Source: Octopus sinensis (Eukaryota). From it: DNA of 64,000 bases. A program made the translations under genes and the position numbers. Below are positions 11,060 through 23,967 of the stretch, piece by piece; the first letter of the stretch is position 1, and each line of letters begins with the position of its first letter. Location: NCBI RefSeq assembly GCF_006345805.1, contig NC_043008.1:16616001-16680000 (forward strand), in the 5' to 3' direction. The notes beneath the pieces are model-generated. The model was not told the DNA's origin and made no database searches. It saw only the letters and a list, made by a program, of their open reading frames with translations.

Positions 11060-11920
11060 CCAAATAAACACATGCACTATACATATTTTGGGCTTCTTTC
11101 ATCACTCGTATATTATTTTAACTTATGTTCATTGTGCGGAAATCTTTCCTCACGCATCTGTGACCTCTTCAGCAACACCTTTCTCTACGATATGTCTTCT
11201 TGCTCCACTTACTCCATTCAATTCTTTTAAGACGTGCGCATGCGTTTGTGTCCTTGTTTATTTCTTTGTGTGTGTATATGTGTGTCGATATGTGTGAGAA
11301 TATAGATTTGTGTGTATGCTTGTGTGTGTGTGTGTCATAGATTTTAGCTGCAGTGTGGCCTTCTCAACCCCATCCTTTGCCCCCTTTGTGCTGCTGCAGT
11401 CCTAAGACCCGAAAAAAATCAATGAAAATGGTACAGTTCCTGTATTCCTTTGAGTGTGTGTTTGCCCACGGTTTTCTCAATGTGGTAGTTGCTGTTATTG
11501 CCATCGCTTTCACCTCCACTGCTGCTGACCATATCAGTTGTGTTACTGACATCATTATGGCCGTCCATGAAGGTTAATTTTGGTTTGTGTTTATGTCTGG
11601 TTTCGTTTCGTATGTATCCATGGACTTTATATAGTTTTATTTAGTCATTTTATCTATCTCTCTCTTATATTTATTAAAGGTTTGTGGCAGATATATGTAT
11701 TTATTTATTTATCTGTTTATATATTGATTTAGTAAGTGGAGGCAGAACACATACGAAGACGAAAAGTGTCGCTGGAGAGGTCACAGATGTGCAACAAATG
11801 ATTTCCGGACAATGGACATAAGTTATAATAATAAACGGGCGAAGAAAAAATATAGAGAGTGTGGATGTTTATTTGGCAGAAATAAATAAATAAATGACCA
11901 TCCCAAAATACAACAACATT
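10955..11920 (-). mobile_element. Older PLE-derived element with inverted pseudo-LTRs
   Basis: 10995-11185 and 11760-11920 are diverged inverted repeats, homologous to 5285-5541; hammerhead-like CUGAAGA G GUCAC..GUGAG GAAA at 11134-11178 (-). Confidence 0.7.
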
Positions 11921-12139
11921 CTTTTATTCTTATACTTGTTTCAGTCATTTGACTGCGGCTATGTAGCAGCACCGCCTTTCGTCGAGTCAATTTTTGTAAG
12001 CCTAGGACCTATTCTATCGCTCTTTTTTCCCGAACTGCTATGTTACAAGGACGTAAACATACCAGCATGATTTGTCAAGCGATGGTGGGGAGATTGACTT
12101 AGGCACACAAGTATGTACACCACACACACACACACATAT

Positions 12140-12177
<38 letters not shown>

Positions 12178-12356
12178 GATATATATATAATAAACGACGG
12201 GATTCTTTGAGTTTCCGTCTACGAAATCCACTCAGAAGGCTTTGGTCGGCTCGAGGCTATTGTAGAAGACACCTGCCGAAAGTGCCACGCAGTTAGACTG
12301 ACCCGGAACCTTGTGGTTGGCAAGCAAGCAACATGCCACACAGCCACTCCTGGGCC
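11919..12356 (-). mobile_element. SINE family A, full length
   Basis: Reverse-complement match to 9874-10283. Confidence 0.9.
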
Positions 12357-12470
12357 TATATATATATATCTATTTAATGTAGGATAAAGTTTTTTCGAAA
12401 AACAATTTTATCAATGGCCAGCATATAAAAAACACCTTTATATATATATATGCATATATATGTATGTATG

Positions 12471-12548
<78 letters not shown>

Positions 12549-13109
12549 TATGGGAATTGTAATGATGTGCGGAAGGTATGAACAATAAATTTCCAAATTT
12601 CCGGATGTTTTTACGTTAAGTGTAAATGTACGAATCCAAAACTAAGTTCTCACGTTTTACGTTTGTGCATTTGAGATTTAGATTTGACACATTTTTATTG
12701 AATGTATTAACAATCTACAGACTTTGATTTGAGTTATCATTGAATTGAACGCCATTATACAAAAGAGCTGTGCTTTAAAAAGATGGGCAATGCTATCGAA
12801 ATTAAACTAAGTCCTGAGGTCAACAATCTCCGAACCATACAAAATATTACTTATAGTATTTGGTAATTTTATTTATTTCCTGTACAATCCTGACGTAGTT
12901 CGTCTTAACTCAGGCGCAAAGCAAGCCATAATGCGAAAGATTTTCTCCATAGATTTACTAGATCTTTGTTATTGACCTGGAAAAAAAATGAGAAACGGAT
13001 AGCAAGCCCTAGTGGGAATTGAACTCGGAACGTGTGGGAAGAAATATCACAAAAAATATTGCGTGATGTACTAACAAATCTGCCACCCCACCTAAAATAA
13101 ATCTTTCAA

Positions 13110-13305
13110 AATGTGGCACAAGGCCAGCATTATTAAAGTGAGTCGATTAAATTGACCTCACTGCTCAAATGGTACTTCTTTCATCGGCGCCGAACCGATA
13201 AAAGTCGATTTCAGTAGCATTTGAACACAGATCATAAGGGAATGGAAGAAATAACGCTGAGTATTTTGTCCAGCGCAGTAACTATTTTGTCAGCTCACCG
13301 CTATC
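13110..13305 (-). mobile_element. SINE family B, degenerate copy
   Basis: gtcgattaaattgacc..ggtactt..aaagtcgatttc..atttgaac..cagctcaccgc matches family B in reverse. Confidence 0.55.
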
Positions 13306-13495
13306 TAGTTCCCCGCTAATAATAAAGGTTCGTAATTTAGAAACAAAACCTACAGTTTCAAGGAGAGGATGTGAATCGATATCATCAAGCGCAGTATGAG
13401 AGTGATTTTATTTAATCGACCCCAAAATTTGGAAAGAGAATGTGTATTAATAAACATGACTTTAAGTGCCGAGACATATACCAACGCCATTAAAA

Positions 13496-13724
13496 CGTCG
13501 AGCTGGCAGAATGGTTAGCACGCCGGGTGAAATGCTAAGCGGTATTTCGTCTGTCGCTACGTTCTGTGTTCAAATTCCGGCGAGGTCGACTTTGCCTTTC
13601 ATCTTTTCGGGGTCGATAAATAAAGTACCAGTTTCGCACTGGTGTCGATGTAATCGACTTAATCCGTTTGTCTGTCCTTGTTTGTCCCCTCCATGTTTAG
13701 CCCCTTGTGGGTAGTAAAGAAATA
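13496..13724 (+). mobile_element. SINE family B monomer with ~17-bp TSD
   Basis: gagctggcagaa..ttagcacgccggg..gtcgactttgcctttcatc..ggggtcgataaa..gccccttgtgggtagtaaagaaata; TSD 13476-13492 vs 13724-13740 (15/17). Confidence 0.88.
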
Positions 13725-14900
13725 TATACCAAAGCCAGTATTGGGGGATCCCTAATAATTCGACGATGCCATTAATCCAGTATGTATTATATTCAATATG
13801 TTTATTGTGTGTTAATAGTAAAGAAATTTTATCATTCCCATACATTTTCACCGATTTGTCATAAGGTTTTTTTTTAAATTCACTTCACTCTGGATTCATA
13901 TTCATCCTACTTAAAACACACAATGTAGCTTATGCGGTCCTAAGCAAAAAGACTCTACATATCTACTTGTCAGACGAAATCTTCATAAATTTCCATAAAT
14001 CTCTGTAAATTGCGAACAAATCTCCATAAATTACCTCTAAATCTCCATAAAATTGTCCTCGATAGTAAATGCCCGAGAAACAGATGGGATATCTGGGACT
14101 ATACCATCCTTCATTCTAGCTGTCCTTGATCAACTTTGATCTGGAGCTAAACAAGAATCCTGATAATGGAACTCATTCGCTATAAAATTATTGTCTAGTA
14201 TATTATTTAAACATAATTGCCAAATATATTACCGATGTGCTGTATTGTTCTATCATGTCATTACTATGTAAAATCTTAATCTGAGGCATTGTAACACAAA
14301 CCTCTTTCATATCTGTTAGCACTAACGAGCAAGATGTTGTTAAATCTCTTAAGAGACGACACAAGGTCTCATAATGACTGAGATTCTAGCTTCTCATTAG
14401 CATGGTTTTTCCTTCTGGCACCTGTCTGAGCACCTTAAGTATATCTTATCTCATATAGCTTCTCATTTTTTAAACATAATCTTTCGCTCACGTAAGCCGC
14501 GTGGGTGAGATTAGGTGGAGAGAAATTGGAAGAAGAAACACCCCGTTAGACTAAAAATTTTCTTGCATGATTGAAACCTCCACCCATTTTATCTCTTGGG
14601 TGCATGCAGGAAAAATCCACTCCTCTGAAAGGAAGCAGAGTTGATCGGTAGTGTGTGACACAATATATTGATACTCTGCTATCAATTGTAGTAAATCTCA
14701 TCCGGCGTAGACAGTGCCGTATTAAAGCATGGGAGACCTAAGTAGTTGCCCAGGGACTTCATGGGTCAGAGGTCAAATCTTCATCTGCATAAGTTGTCGC
14801 TAATTGTCAATAAATAAATACAATAAAGCAAAGTTCAATGGTTTGCCTGCGAGTCTATAATGCTGGTGAGACGGACGCATTCGTAGAATCTTCTCTAGTT

Positions 14901-15317
14901 AAGGCGGCGAGCTGGCAGAAACGTTAGCACGCCGGGCGAAATGCTCAGCAGTATTTCGTCTGCCTTTACGTTCTGAGTTCAAATTCCGCAGAGGTCGACT
15001 TTGCCTTTCATGCTTTCGGGGTCGATAAATTAAGTACCAGCTACGCACTGGGGTCTATGTAATCGACTTAATCCGTTTATCTGTCCTTGTTTGTTCTCTC
15101 TGTGTTTAGCCCCTTGTGGGTAGTAAAGAAATAGGTATTTCGACTGTCGTTACGTTCTGAGTTCAAATTCCGCCGAGGTCGACTTTGCCTTTCACCTTTT
15201 CGGAATCGATTAAATACGTACTAGTTACGCACTGGGGTCGATATAATCGACTTAATCAGTTTGCCTGTCCTTGTTTGTCCCCTCTGTGTGTAGCCCCTTG
15301 TGGGTAGTAAAGACATA
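14901..15317 (+). mobile_element. SINE family B dimer with 16-bp TSD
   Basis: Full unit plus 5'-clipped second unit; TSD 14885-14900 vs 15318-15333 (14/16). Confidence 0.9.
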
Positions 15318-16317
15318 AGAATTTCCTCTAGTTTCTTTTGGTTATCAGTGTCGGAAGCCTTGCAATAGAAACGATCACGAGTTTCGTTCCTTTCTCTCTG
15401 ACTAAACCATGAAAGTTATTAGTCATTGAACCACCCTATATATAAAAGAAAAAATTCTATTGCGTTCAACACCAATGATTCCGATCGTGTGTTACATGCA
15501 TTTGTGACACATTGAATGATATCGAATTTTTATAGCCTAGCTGGTTTAGATTACACAAACAGGCGTACACAAACACACACATAAATACACTTGCACATAT
15601 AATTATTTCTGCGCTTACTGAGTTGCATTGAGTGAGATATTCTATGCTTATTCAGAGATCTAATCAATTCTTTTATGCATTATTCTGTCTTTTCTTATTA
15701 ATTCTTATGTCACAGTTATCCTTTATCTTTCCTCATATTGATATTAATTATAAATTAACTTCGCCGTATATTAGTATATGCTCCGCCGTCATATTCCTAC
15801 TAATAAATATATACATACGAGTCGGGGAATATATTTTAAGTGCATTGAATCATTTTGTAAGTACAGTTTTATAATTAACAGAATATGTGAATACGAGTGT
15901 TAGGGCTTCTATGTCCGTCAGACTTAAACGCACATTGACGTTGGATAAAAATCTATAGGGACTCATTCAGTATATTTCTTTAATCTTCTATATTTCTATA
16001 ATAGTATGTCTTAATTTTGCAGTCAAAAAAAGTCAATAGCCGTACGAGATTATATGTATGCAAAACACACACACACACCCACAAATAGGAAGCTTGTTTG
16101 AATTAGTTCGCTTTGAAAACATCGCAAGAGAAGGACCCTTCATGAAATTGCAGCGACGAGAATGCATAGTTGCATACGGAGCAATGTGTAGTTGCAATTG
16201 AAACACATGTTGATCATTGTTATATATGGTGTAGAAAAGGTTTTTAATAAAAAAAAAGTATTAGATGTGAATAAATATCCACTCTCTTCTTCGTTTTCAA
16301 TTATATATATATATACA

Positions 16318-16537
16318 CTCTTTTACTTATTTCAGTCATTTGACTGCGGTCATGCTGGAGCACGGCCTTTAGTCGAACAAATCGGCCCCAGGACTTATTC
16401 CTTGTAAGCCTAGTACATATTCTATCTGTCTCTTTGCCGAACCGCTATGTTACGGAGACGTAAACACACCAGCATCGGTTGTCAAGAGCGATGTTGGGGT
16501 ACAAACGCAGACACTCAAACACACACACACACATACA

Positions 16538-16583
<46 letters not shown>

Positions 16584-16810
16584 ATATATATAATATATTA
16601 TATATATATATAATATATATATATAATATATATTATATATATATATATACGACGGGTTTCTTCAGTTTATGTCTATCAAATCCATTCACAAGGCTTGGAT
16701 CGACCGAGGCTATTGTAGAAGACACTTGCCAAAGGTGCCACGCAGTGGGAATGAACCCAGAACCATGTGGTTGTTAAGCAAGCTACTTACCACGCATCCA
16801 CTCCTGCGCC
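16318..16810 (-). mobile_element. SINE family A, full length
   Basis: Reverse-complement match, expanded internal (TA)n. Confidence 0.9.
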
Positions 16811-16844
16811 TAGAGATATCAGGCCTTGCTCGGGACTAAAATGG

Positions 16845-17143
16845 CATAGGATTTATTCTTTGTAAGCTTGGTGCTTATTCTATCGACAGCTTCTGAGGAA
16901 CCGCTAAGATACGAGGACGCAAACACACCAACATGGATTTCTAAGTGATGGTAGGGGAACAAACACATACACAAACACACACACACGCACACACACACAC
17001 ACATATATACACACACACACACATATATATATATAACATACTTCTTTCAGTTTCCTCTCTGTCATGGCTTTGTTCGGGCGAAGGCTATAGTAGAAGACAC
17101 TTGCCGAAAGTGCCACTCAGTGGGACTGAACCCGGAACCATAT
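16845..17143 (-). mobile_element. SINE family A, partial
   Basis: ttattctttgtaagc..gaagacacttgcc..gggactgaacccggaacca. Confidence 0.8.
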
Positions 17144-17934
17144 GACTATAAACGATGCACTATGAATGAGATAGTACCTACTGTCAGTATACACAAACAG
17201 AGCCCGAACTAAAGTAGCGAAATTGGTGGTTATATCTTTGCTGTATTCATACAGCATAGCATTCTTTAAAACGTAAGTACAATTTTTAGTGTACGGCTAC
17301 AAATGTCACGTGAGCGGCGGAGTTGACTGAACAAATCAATTACGTGACGAATATATATTTGATTGATTCTCAAGGGAGTAAAGACCGAATTGCGTACCTC
17401 TCTATTTGAGCGCAATAAACATTTACTTTGTATAAACTTTTATGACGATGGGCAAAAGAAAGAATCAATCTTAGTACATAATAAGTGCCTATTTAATGAC
17501 GTGGGATGACAGCAAATAATACTAAGGTGAGATAAGAAATCATTGACTTCGAGAATGAAATTAAATAATATTCTCAGTGGCTTCAATTACACGCGTTTAG
17601 TGTTGGCTCTTTGGTTCTTGCTGAATATATTCCAAGGCCTTTAATGCCGAGAGGAGATTATAGTCGCCTATATCGACATTAGTAATTACCTGGAACTTTT
17701 AGTAGGGAATCCTGAATGGTGAAAAGTAAAGTAGGACTTCACTTTGGGGGATTTGAAATCACAGCTTAAGAGGTGTAAACTTACAGCATGGTGTTTTGTT
17801 CGTTGCTGTTATAATTCAGCCAGAGCACCGCTCGGATGTTAAATATTACTTCTTAGTATTGACTCAATGGCAGTTATTGTGGTGAATTGTAATGGACAAA
17901 ATAAACTTCATCACTTGACGGAATACTAGGTATG

Positions 17935-18318
17935 GCAAGGCGGCGTGCTGGCAGAAACGTTAGCACGCCGGTCGAAATGCTTAGCGGTATTTCGTCTGTC
18001 TTTATGTTCTAAGTTGAAATTCCGCCGAGGTTGACTTTGCATTTCATCCTTTCGGGGCCGATAAATTAAGTACGGGTGAGGCACTGGGGTCGATGTAATC
18101 GACTTAATCCGTTTGTATGTCCTTGTTTGTCCTCTCTGTGTTTAGCCCCCTGTGGGTAGTAAAGAAATAAGTATTTCGGCTGCCGCTACATTCAAATTCC
18201 GCCAAAATCGACTTTGACATTCATCCTTTCGGAGTCGAGAAATTAATATCAGTTGCGTACTGGGTTTGATCTAATTGACGGGCCCCAAAATGTCGGGCCA
18301 TGTGCCAAGAGTAGAAAA
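17935..18318 (+). mobile_element. SINE family B dimer with perfect 15-bp TSD
   Basis: GGAATACTAGGTATG at 17920-17934 and 18319-18333; second unit carries an alternative 3' tail. Confidence 0.9.
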
Positions 18319-18399
18319 GGAATACTAGGTATGTCCACACATGAAAGAACAAAACGGGCGTCTGAACATTTAAATGCCTTTAAAATTCAAGTGCAATGC

Positions 18400-18635
18400 G
18401 GAGCCGCATGGCTTAGTGGTTAAGTTTTTGGGCACATAATTGTAAGATTGCAGTTTCGATTCCTGGTCAGGGCGATGAGTTGTCTTCTTGAGCAGAACAT
18501 CCTTTCATGTTGCTTCAGTCCATTCAGTGGGTAAAAAGGAGTAAACATGCGACGGAACGGAGTCCCGTCCCGTGCGGTGCATATATATATATATATATTT
18601 ATATACGCCACAGAAACCTAGTAACTGGCCCTCCG
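18400..18635 (+). mobile_element. SINE family C (tRNA-type head)
   Basis: A-box TGGCTTAGTGG and B-box GTTTCGATTCC at tRNA-like spacing, followed by a non-tRNA body; single copy here. Confidence 0.6.
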
Positions 18636-19975
18636 GTTCTATATAAAATCGGAAGTCATATAGACTTTTTAAAGGGGAAAACAATTTGTCCCCCTATTCC
18701 ATACCACCAACTTAAAGCGAAACATTTATTTTTAAATAATTTTCAGAAGACGACACGCCTTAAAATGGGAAAATTACTGATAAAATATATTATCACTTGC
18801 ATGATGCTTATGTTATTGATCTCCGAAAGAATATTCACTTGGGTGACTCCAAATGGGCTTCAGAACAAAACGTAAGCAAAATACTGCGTAATATATTGTC
18901 AGGACCTTCTTCGACCCTACCATCAACCGCTGTCCGCCTTATGAATATGATGGACAATCTATATTATCTACTCACGTACAGCCGGGGTACATAAGTGTAG
19001 TTTACAATGCTTATTCGCAAACCGCGACTAAGTTATGGTCAGGGAAGAGAGAAAGAGTGGAAAATAGACGTGGATAGGCAATCCACATATTCTCATCAAG
19101 TCTACGGATATTATCCTATGTTAAGTAGATTGGCCGATTAGATTAATATGTGAGGAAGCATCAGTAGGAATATACATACATATATATATACACACACACA
19201 AGCATATATATATATACGCTTTTTATTGCGTTAGTCTATGTGCTTCAGTCTTAAGTTAACTGTTTGGTCAGGCTGATTGTATAGCTGCTCTATTAGAATG
19301 CCATGTCGCTATAGCTTAACTGATTACGATCAACAACAACCCTACTCTCCAGAGGGCGGCTTACTGTTTGTTACATCTATAGCTTTCGCTTGTAATGGTT
19401 AACCAAGACCGTCTTCCTATTCAGTGTCTATTCAGCCAGTCATCAGATAGCATAAGAGTTTCTCTGATAAAATCTGCTTGGTTGAAAATACGTGTGTACA
19501 CACTAAGATGTATGTACATATTTGCATATAAACTAACATAGAGAGATAAGAAGGTTGAAGTCAAGAAATTGCGAATATATTTGGATTGTACGTAAATGTG
19601 TATTACTATATATATATATGTGGTGTGTGTGTGTTACATTGTGCTCCTGCGTACGTATCAATGTATGTATGAGTGTGTTTATTCATGTGTGATGGTATAT
19701 TGGAATTAATCGGTAAATGGACGGTGTACTTATTAATTTTTCCCTAACCGATTCTTCTGCAAAGATTCTGGCTGCTTCTGTCTGCTACGAACCTAGACAA
19801 ACACAGACAGAAAGAACTATGCACATACTTCCGAACATACACAGGAGTATGTGTCTGCGTTAGTGTAAGAGCGTGTCTCTATGCATGGAATATATATATA
19901 TATATATATACATATAGATACGTATATACAATATATATATATATACATATACATATATATATATATATATATATA

Positions 19976-20007
<32 letters not shown>

Positions 20008-20050
20008 TACAACATATATACTATATATACATACATATATACATACACAC

Positions 20051-20084
<34 letters not shown>

Positions 20085-20258
20085 GTTGCCACGCAAACAT
20101 AAGGACATTCATCGAGATGTAGGATAACAACCAGCAAGATTAATAGCATGTGTGCGCGAATGTTTTTTTCCTGTATGTGTATGTATGCGCGTGCGCAGAA
20201 TTATTCTTGCATGCTCACAGACGTTAATGTACATGTACATACAGAGTTATGTATGTGC

Positions 20259-20299
<41 letters not shown>

Positions 20300-20756
20300 C
20301 ATACAATCAAACATAAGGATAATCAAAAAGATACAGAGAATCAACGAACAGGTTTAATAGTATCGATCTCTGTATATAAGAATTGATAGCGGTAATATCA
20401 AAATACGACGATCCGCTATTTCTTAAATAGTTATTTCTCGTTGTAGTAGTAGTAGTTGTTTTTGTTGTTGCTGTTATCGTTCTTGTTTTTAGAAACAGGA
20501 TTTGTTTCATCATTGACTACTGTGCATGAAATATGCACTATGCATGCGTAGTCATTACGTGAATTTGATGTGCATATGCGCAGAGCGCAGATATTGATTT
20601 TTTTTTTTACTTCAGTATGCAGAAGCCCAATTGAACACTGGATATGGTTTAGTCAACTGAGTCAGGCTCACTAATTCACTATTGCAGATATTTATTATAT
20701 TGCCTGTAAATGGTAGAAAGGTATGGGCCTCTCTCTCTCTATATATATATTCATTT

Positions 20757-20998
20757 ATTCCTTTATTCTTTTAATTGTTTTAGTCATTTGATTGCGGCAA
20801 TGCTGGAGCACCGCCTTTAGTCGAGCAAATTGCCCCTAGGCATAGTACTGTGAGCATAGTACTTATTCTATCGAATAAGTTATGGGATGTAAATACACCA
20901 ACATCGGTTGCCAAGCCATGTCGGGGGGACAAACTCAGAAAAACAAACATGTAAACACACAGAAACACACACACACGTATATCTATCTATCTATCTAA

Positions 20999-21048
<50 letters not shown>

Positions 21049-21072
21049 CTATATATATATACACACACACAT

Positions 21073-21105
<33 letters not shown>

Positions 21106-21257
21106 CATACATACTTACATATACATATATATATACGACTGGCCTCTCTCAGATTCCATGTACCAAATCCACTCACAAAGCTTTGGTTGGCCCGAGGCTA
21201 TATTAGAAGACACTTGCCCAAGGTGCCACGTAGCGGGACTGAACTAGGAACCATGTG
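20757..21257 (-). mobile_element. SINE family A, head clipped
   Basis: Reverse-complement match; internal (TCTA)n/(CA)n/(TA)n. Confidence 0.85.
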
Positions 21258-21789
21258 AAATGACGTGTTTTAATCAAGAAAACAATACATCGCCCTGTCC
21301 AGAAATTGAAATAATGTTATAGAGTCATCAGTGCAAAACGCTTAGTACGGTGTAATGTGCCAGCTTAAACCTGATACACAAACACGTGCGTACACACAAA
21401 ATAACACACATACACACATACATACTATATAAATTCTACCCCCACCACGCCCGGGAAGGTCGTAGCGACAGAGTCCTCATGCACATCCTCCCATATAATT
21501 TCTATTAGAAATAATGATCATAAGATTTTCGGTTGGATTCCCAACGTTAGCTGTATTACCCAGCCACCCTTGTGATCCAACCCTGCATGTGTGTATGTGT
21601 GTGTGTTAAAGTACATGACATTTGTTTGAGAGAGCTCTATCCGGTTATTAACAAAGCGACAAGGCTCTTTGAGTTAAGAAAGTACACGTTTCTCATGTAT
21701 ACTGTTTCTTATGTGACTTTGATGGATGTATCAGGACAATCCTGCGTGCAGATAACTTTATAAATATTCTTTGTAAATAAATCAAGTTT

Positions 21790-22730
21790 CAGGACGTTAT
21801 GGGGCTCCTGCTGCTCATGAAGTGATATCTTCCACACTGCTACAGGAGAACTGACATTTTCAATCACAACGTGGAGGTTTGGTGTTATATTTGTCTTTGG
21901 TGTTATATTTATGAGTTTTATAGTAGCTATGTCCTATTCCTGGATAGCACTGGCATATCTTCATAGGTGGGATGTAATGTGTTTGTCGCATGTTCAGTGA
22001 AGGTTATTCCTCCTCTCGATGCTGTCGTCGCCCTCAAACTTACGGGATATGTACCATTTGTCCTGGTATGGTGCCTGCTTTTCCTCCAAGCTTCTCCCGA
22101 AGCAGGCCAGCCCAGCCTCATTTGCGTCGCATGAGACAATTGTGTTCATAGAGTATTTGTGCGGTAGCTCTTCTCCAACTCTGAAAATGTTGTAGCACTC
22201 CTTTTTGAGTATGCACAGAATGTAATCATTATTTCTTCAGAAAATGTCTAAGTGATACAACACGGCATTCAGAGTCTGTTTCGTCTGACCTTTTCCTATA
22301 ACGCCATCACATCGCCTCACAGAAATTCTATCGGCGTCGCTGTTAATGTGGATTTTGCCAGTAGTGGCCAATTCGATGTCCAAGCGGTGCATCCCATCGA
22401 GTGTCCGGTCCAACATCACGAATTTTGGTACTACCACTGGTACTGCAGAAGCTTTCTCAGATATGGTCTTGTAAATGCAGATAAAACTGAGTTCCATATT
22501 TTCCCATATCTGCAGGCGTACTCGTGTTGTTCTGGGTTTAGTCTCATTTTCATAGATTCCTATGCATTCTGTTATCATCGGTAGGGACAGTGGAAACAGA
22601 CAAGCCATTGATGTACATGACTTCTGACTGGTCAATATCCATTCCTCGGTTGACTATCATATGTGAGAAATTACCTTGCTCAAACTCCACTCGTGTCCAA
22701 CATGTCATGAGAATGTTGTGACTAGTTCTA
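21790..22730 (-). mobile_element. Degenerate R4/Dong-like non-LTR retrotransposon (RT C-terminus to zinc knuckle)
   Basis: ORF 22237-22635: RVRLQIW..AVPVV..LDRTLDGMHRLD..HINSDADRISVRRCDG resembles the H..SD.DRLY..R..GGRG motif; downstream manual translation AIQE*DIAT and CD*KCQF..VEDIT. Confidence 0.72.
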
Positions 22731-22824
22731 ATTGTTTATTAATGCTGGTCATATTATTAGAATATAAAATATATGGATGACATTAATTTAATTCTTTTCT
22801 GCATATCCTAGAATTTTGCATTGG

Positions 22825-22856
<32 letters not shown>

Positions 22857-23935
22857 TGTATGTATGTATGTATTATGTATGCCTTTATGTATGTATGTAT
22901 AGATAATATATAATAGATAGATAGATAGATAGACAGATAGGTAGACATCATACAGAGAGATAGATGCGTACATACGCACAAACATATAGAATAAACGCTT
23001 AATGAGTATGGATTCAAGTGTAGGAATTTTACACATAAATGCATTAGAATAATGAAAGAGTAAGTCATAGCTATTTCTTCACGAGATATATCTAGTGAAG
23101 ATATCTAATTTTGTATAAAAAAGCGAAGCTTTTACTATTACCATTAACATAATATATGTGGTGTGCACACTCTTTATAATACAGACTGTATACGCACATT
23201 TGTGAAACGCTACAAATATTTTACTGAGTCTTAAATTAATGCAGCGTCATGAATTTTGAATTGCAACGGAATAGAATAAGATGCCAATCACTGAGTGGAT
23301 TCCATTGAATCATTTACAAGACGAGAGCTGTTGTACATCATTGATAAACTAAACAGGAATGGAAGTGATAATTGTACAAGTTAAGGAAATTTCCGTGCGA
23401 AATCATTTTCTAAATCTTCAATTACGTTGCGCTGCACTCGACGTTAACAACAATACCAACAACAATATTTATTCTATATGTAGAAGTCTATTGTCTATAG
23501 AGTACCTACATTTTCTCTTATACAGCATCGTATTGTTTTCGTTTTGCACATATACGAGAATGTTAACATTTTTCAACTTATAACCTGAAGCTATTAATTT
23601 GTTTCGCTAACATTTAAAAGACTCCTTTGTATAGTGTGAAGGAAACAAAAAAAAGTAAAGTAAACGAAAGCTGAACTTAAAAGAGTAAAAAAAAAAAAAA
23701 ATTCATATTATTGTTAGTGGTGAAATGAATCTAATATTTACGTTTAAAAAACCTATGATTGCATGTTTGTGTGTGTCTGAGTGTGAGTGTGTGAGTGTGG
23801 ATGTGTTTGTGTGTACGTGAGTGTGTATAAGCTTATATACATATATATATAGGCACATATACATATATATATATATATTCATATATATATATATATATAT
23901 GAATATATATATATATATACACCAACTTTCTCACC

Positions 23936-23967
<32 letters not shown>

